Shown piece after piece: positions 62,390 to 64,000 of a stretch of 64,000 nt of DNA (its first letter is position 1; each line of letters opens with the position of its first letter). The translations under genes and the position numbers were made by a program. The notes under the pieces are model-generated. The model worked only from the letters and a program-made list of their open reading frames with translations, searched no databases and was not told where the DNA came from. Origin of the DNA: Octopus sinensis (Eukaryota); contig NC_042999.1 of NCBI RefSeq assembly GCF_006345805.1, forward strand, positions 164,300,001 to 164,364,000, written 5' to 3'.

Positions 62390-64000
62390 TCAAACAAATA
62401 TGTGATCAATTTCGTTCAAACCATTACCATTTTGTATTTTGATTCATGTACCTTTCTTGATATTGCGTGTTGTGATTTGAGAGACATTTGACTGCTATTT
62501 CTAGTGAGTCAAACGACAAGGTAGGGGCTCCTTGTTAGCTTGTTGGAGCTGTTTCTGGACCTATTGAGGATCAAGGCTCAGGGTTTAAGTCCCATTTTCT
62601 TGGTGTGTATCAGTGTAAGATTAATCTTTCTCTGGCCAGTAACAAGTCACATTTCTAGATGATCTTGATGCATTTTCCTGACAACCAGGTGAATAGCACC
62701 ACAACAGTTATTCCTTCTAAATCCAACATTGTTTTTACCTGGTTTGTTTGCTTACTTGAATGTCCACTACATTACCTTAGTACTCATATCTGTTGAGTAA
62801 ATACATGTGTATCAGCTTGATCTGAGTAAGTTAACCTGCTGTTGACTGATTAGTGTCATAACCAGAGAAAATACTTATTTGCTGTTCACTTTGAACATGA
62901 CACTTGATCAAATCACCCTCAGTGCTCATGACATACACTTACACACACACATGTGTGTGTGTGGTGTCTGAATGTAGCTAAAAAGGTGTAATCTATACTA
63001 ACATGGAAATATCTGAACTTTGTGTCCTCTCCCCCCTCTCTCTCAAAATATTTCAACTGGTGAGGGAGACTATCAAATTTATGATTATCTTTTAAAAAAC
63101 TATTTAATGTTATTTTCATAGTGTGACCTGTGTTCCCAACTCATCCCATACACGGATATCCCAAATATTTAGGACTTTACACTTGTAGGTATAGGGCATC
63201 TACTTGCAGCTGTGACTGACATATACCAAGTAAAGAAACCACATGGACTTCATTATTGGGAGCAGTGTGTGTGTGTGTGCAGTTACAGGAAGAAACTTCA
63301 CACACACACACACACTTCCATTCACAAGGTTCTCTTATATATACATATATGTATATATAGCACACACATAAACAAGCAAAACATTATGAGGAGGAAACAA
63401 GTACACCACATTTCCTTCTATTACCACTACTCCACAGTAATGGTAATGATGATGATGATGATGACACAGTTTCCATCAGAAAAACATTAGTTTTGGACTC
63501 TTACTGAAATATTTATATGAACGCATATTTATTTACTCTAAATATTTATTATTATGGTTACAGCACTTGTTTTTTTTTTATGTTTACAGTGGTGGTGAAA
63601 AGATTGGTAGTGGGGCTGTGATCGTCCCTTTCTTGGCCCTTTTATATAACCAGTTCAGAGAGAGGAGAGTGTGTGTGTATGTGTGTGAGAGAGAAGTTTA
63701 CTAGAAGTCCACTGCTAATAATGTGTGTTTTTAGAGTGGCTCAAGGCCACAAATTTTGGTGAGGGTGTAGCCTATGAAATTGATTTCAGCTTTTGACAGG
63801 TATTTATTTGATTAATTTTACATGGAGATTATTGAAAGGTACTGTTAACACATAGCATTTGAATTTCAGTGCAAAGGAACATGAATAATTTTTTTACTTA
63901 AAACGATGACTAGGCATTTAATCTCGCTCTCTGTTATTACTACTACTCCAATGCTATTGATAATAAGGATTTTTAAATTGGCTCAAGGCTGCTGTTTTTT

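Larger units (their letters stand above)
16805..64000 (+). other. Probable intron following the kinase exon (more than 47 kb, runs off the window)
   Basis: No acceptor followed by GxGxFG/GxGxYG coding sequence found by eye; the region is repeat-filled and CpG-depleted. Confidence 0.5.

Overview
AT-rich, repeat-dense animal genomic DNA. The SINE/MITE repertoire and microsatellite load look like an octopod cephalopod (inference from memory of these repeats, not a database result). Only one host coding segment is well supported: a + strand ATG exon at 16678-16804 (MASARVARLRKHGSTMKDAPLPDKDDEKNGNKLEKYDFLTTI-G|GTAAGT) that ends at the start of a protein-kinase glycine-rich loop (PRKX/PKA-like is the best guess). 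No matching next exon was found, so 16805-64000 is probably one intron of more than 47 kb. Upstream are a 28-bp-stem hairpin in a CpG-rich patch (5.9 kb), a TSD-flanked, internally deleted Tx1-clade LINE inserted into a SINE head (6791-10849), and a compact CCAAT/E-box/TATA/Inr promoter followed by an orphan ORF (11.5-12.2 kb). The rest is transposon debris: tRNA-derived SINEs (working names SINE-A, -B, -D, -E), RTE LINE 3' ends, a CR1 RT fragment, Chapaev3-like and maT/mariner transposase remnants, piggyBac/hAT/Tigger/mariner MITEs, and two long foldbacks in (TA)n, one with a hammerhead-ribozyme-like core. I found no clearly novel gene system. The most interesting signals are the LINE-SINE relationships, the foldbacks, the hairpin and a local templated inverted insertion. 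Coordinates of decayed repeats are approximate (about +/-10-20 bp), and all alignments were done by eye.
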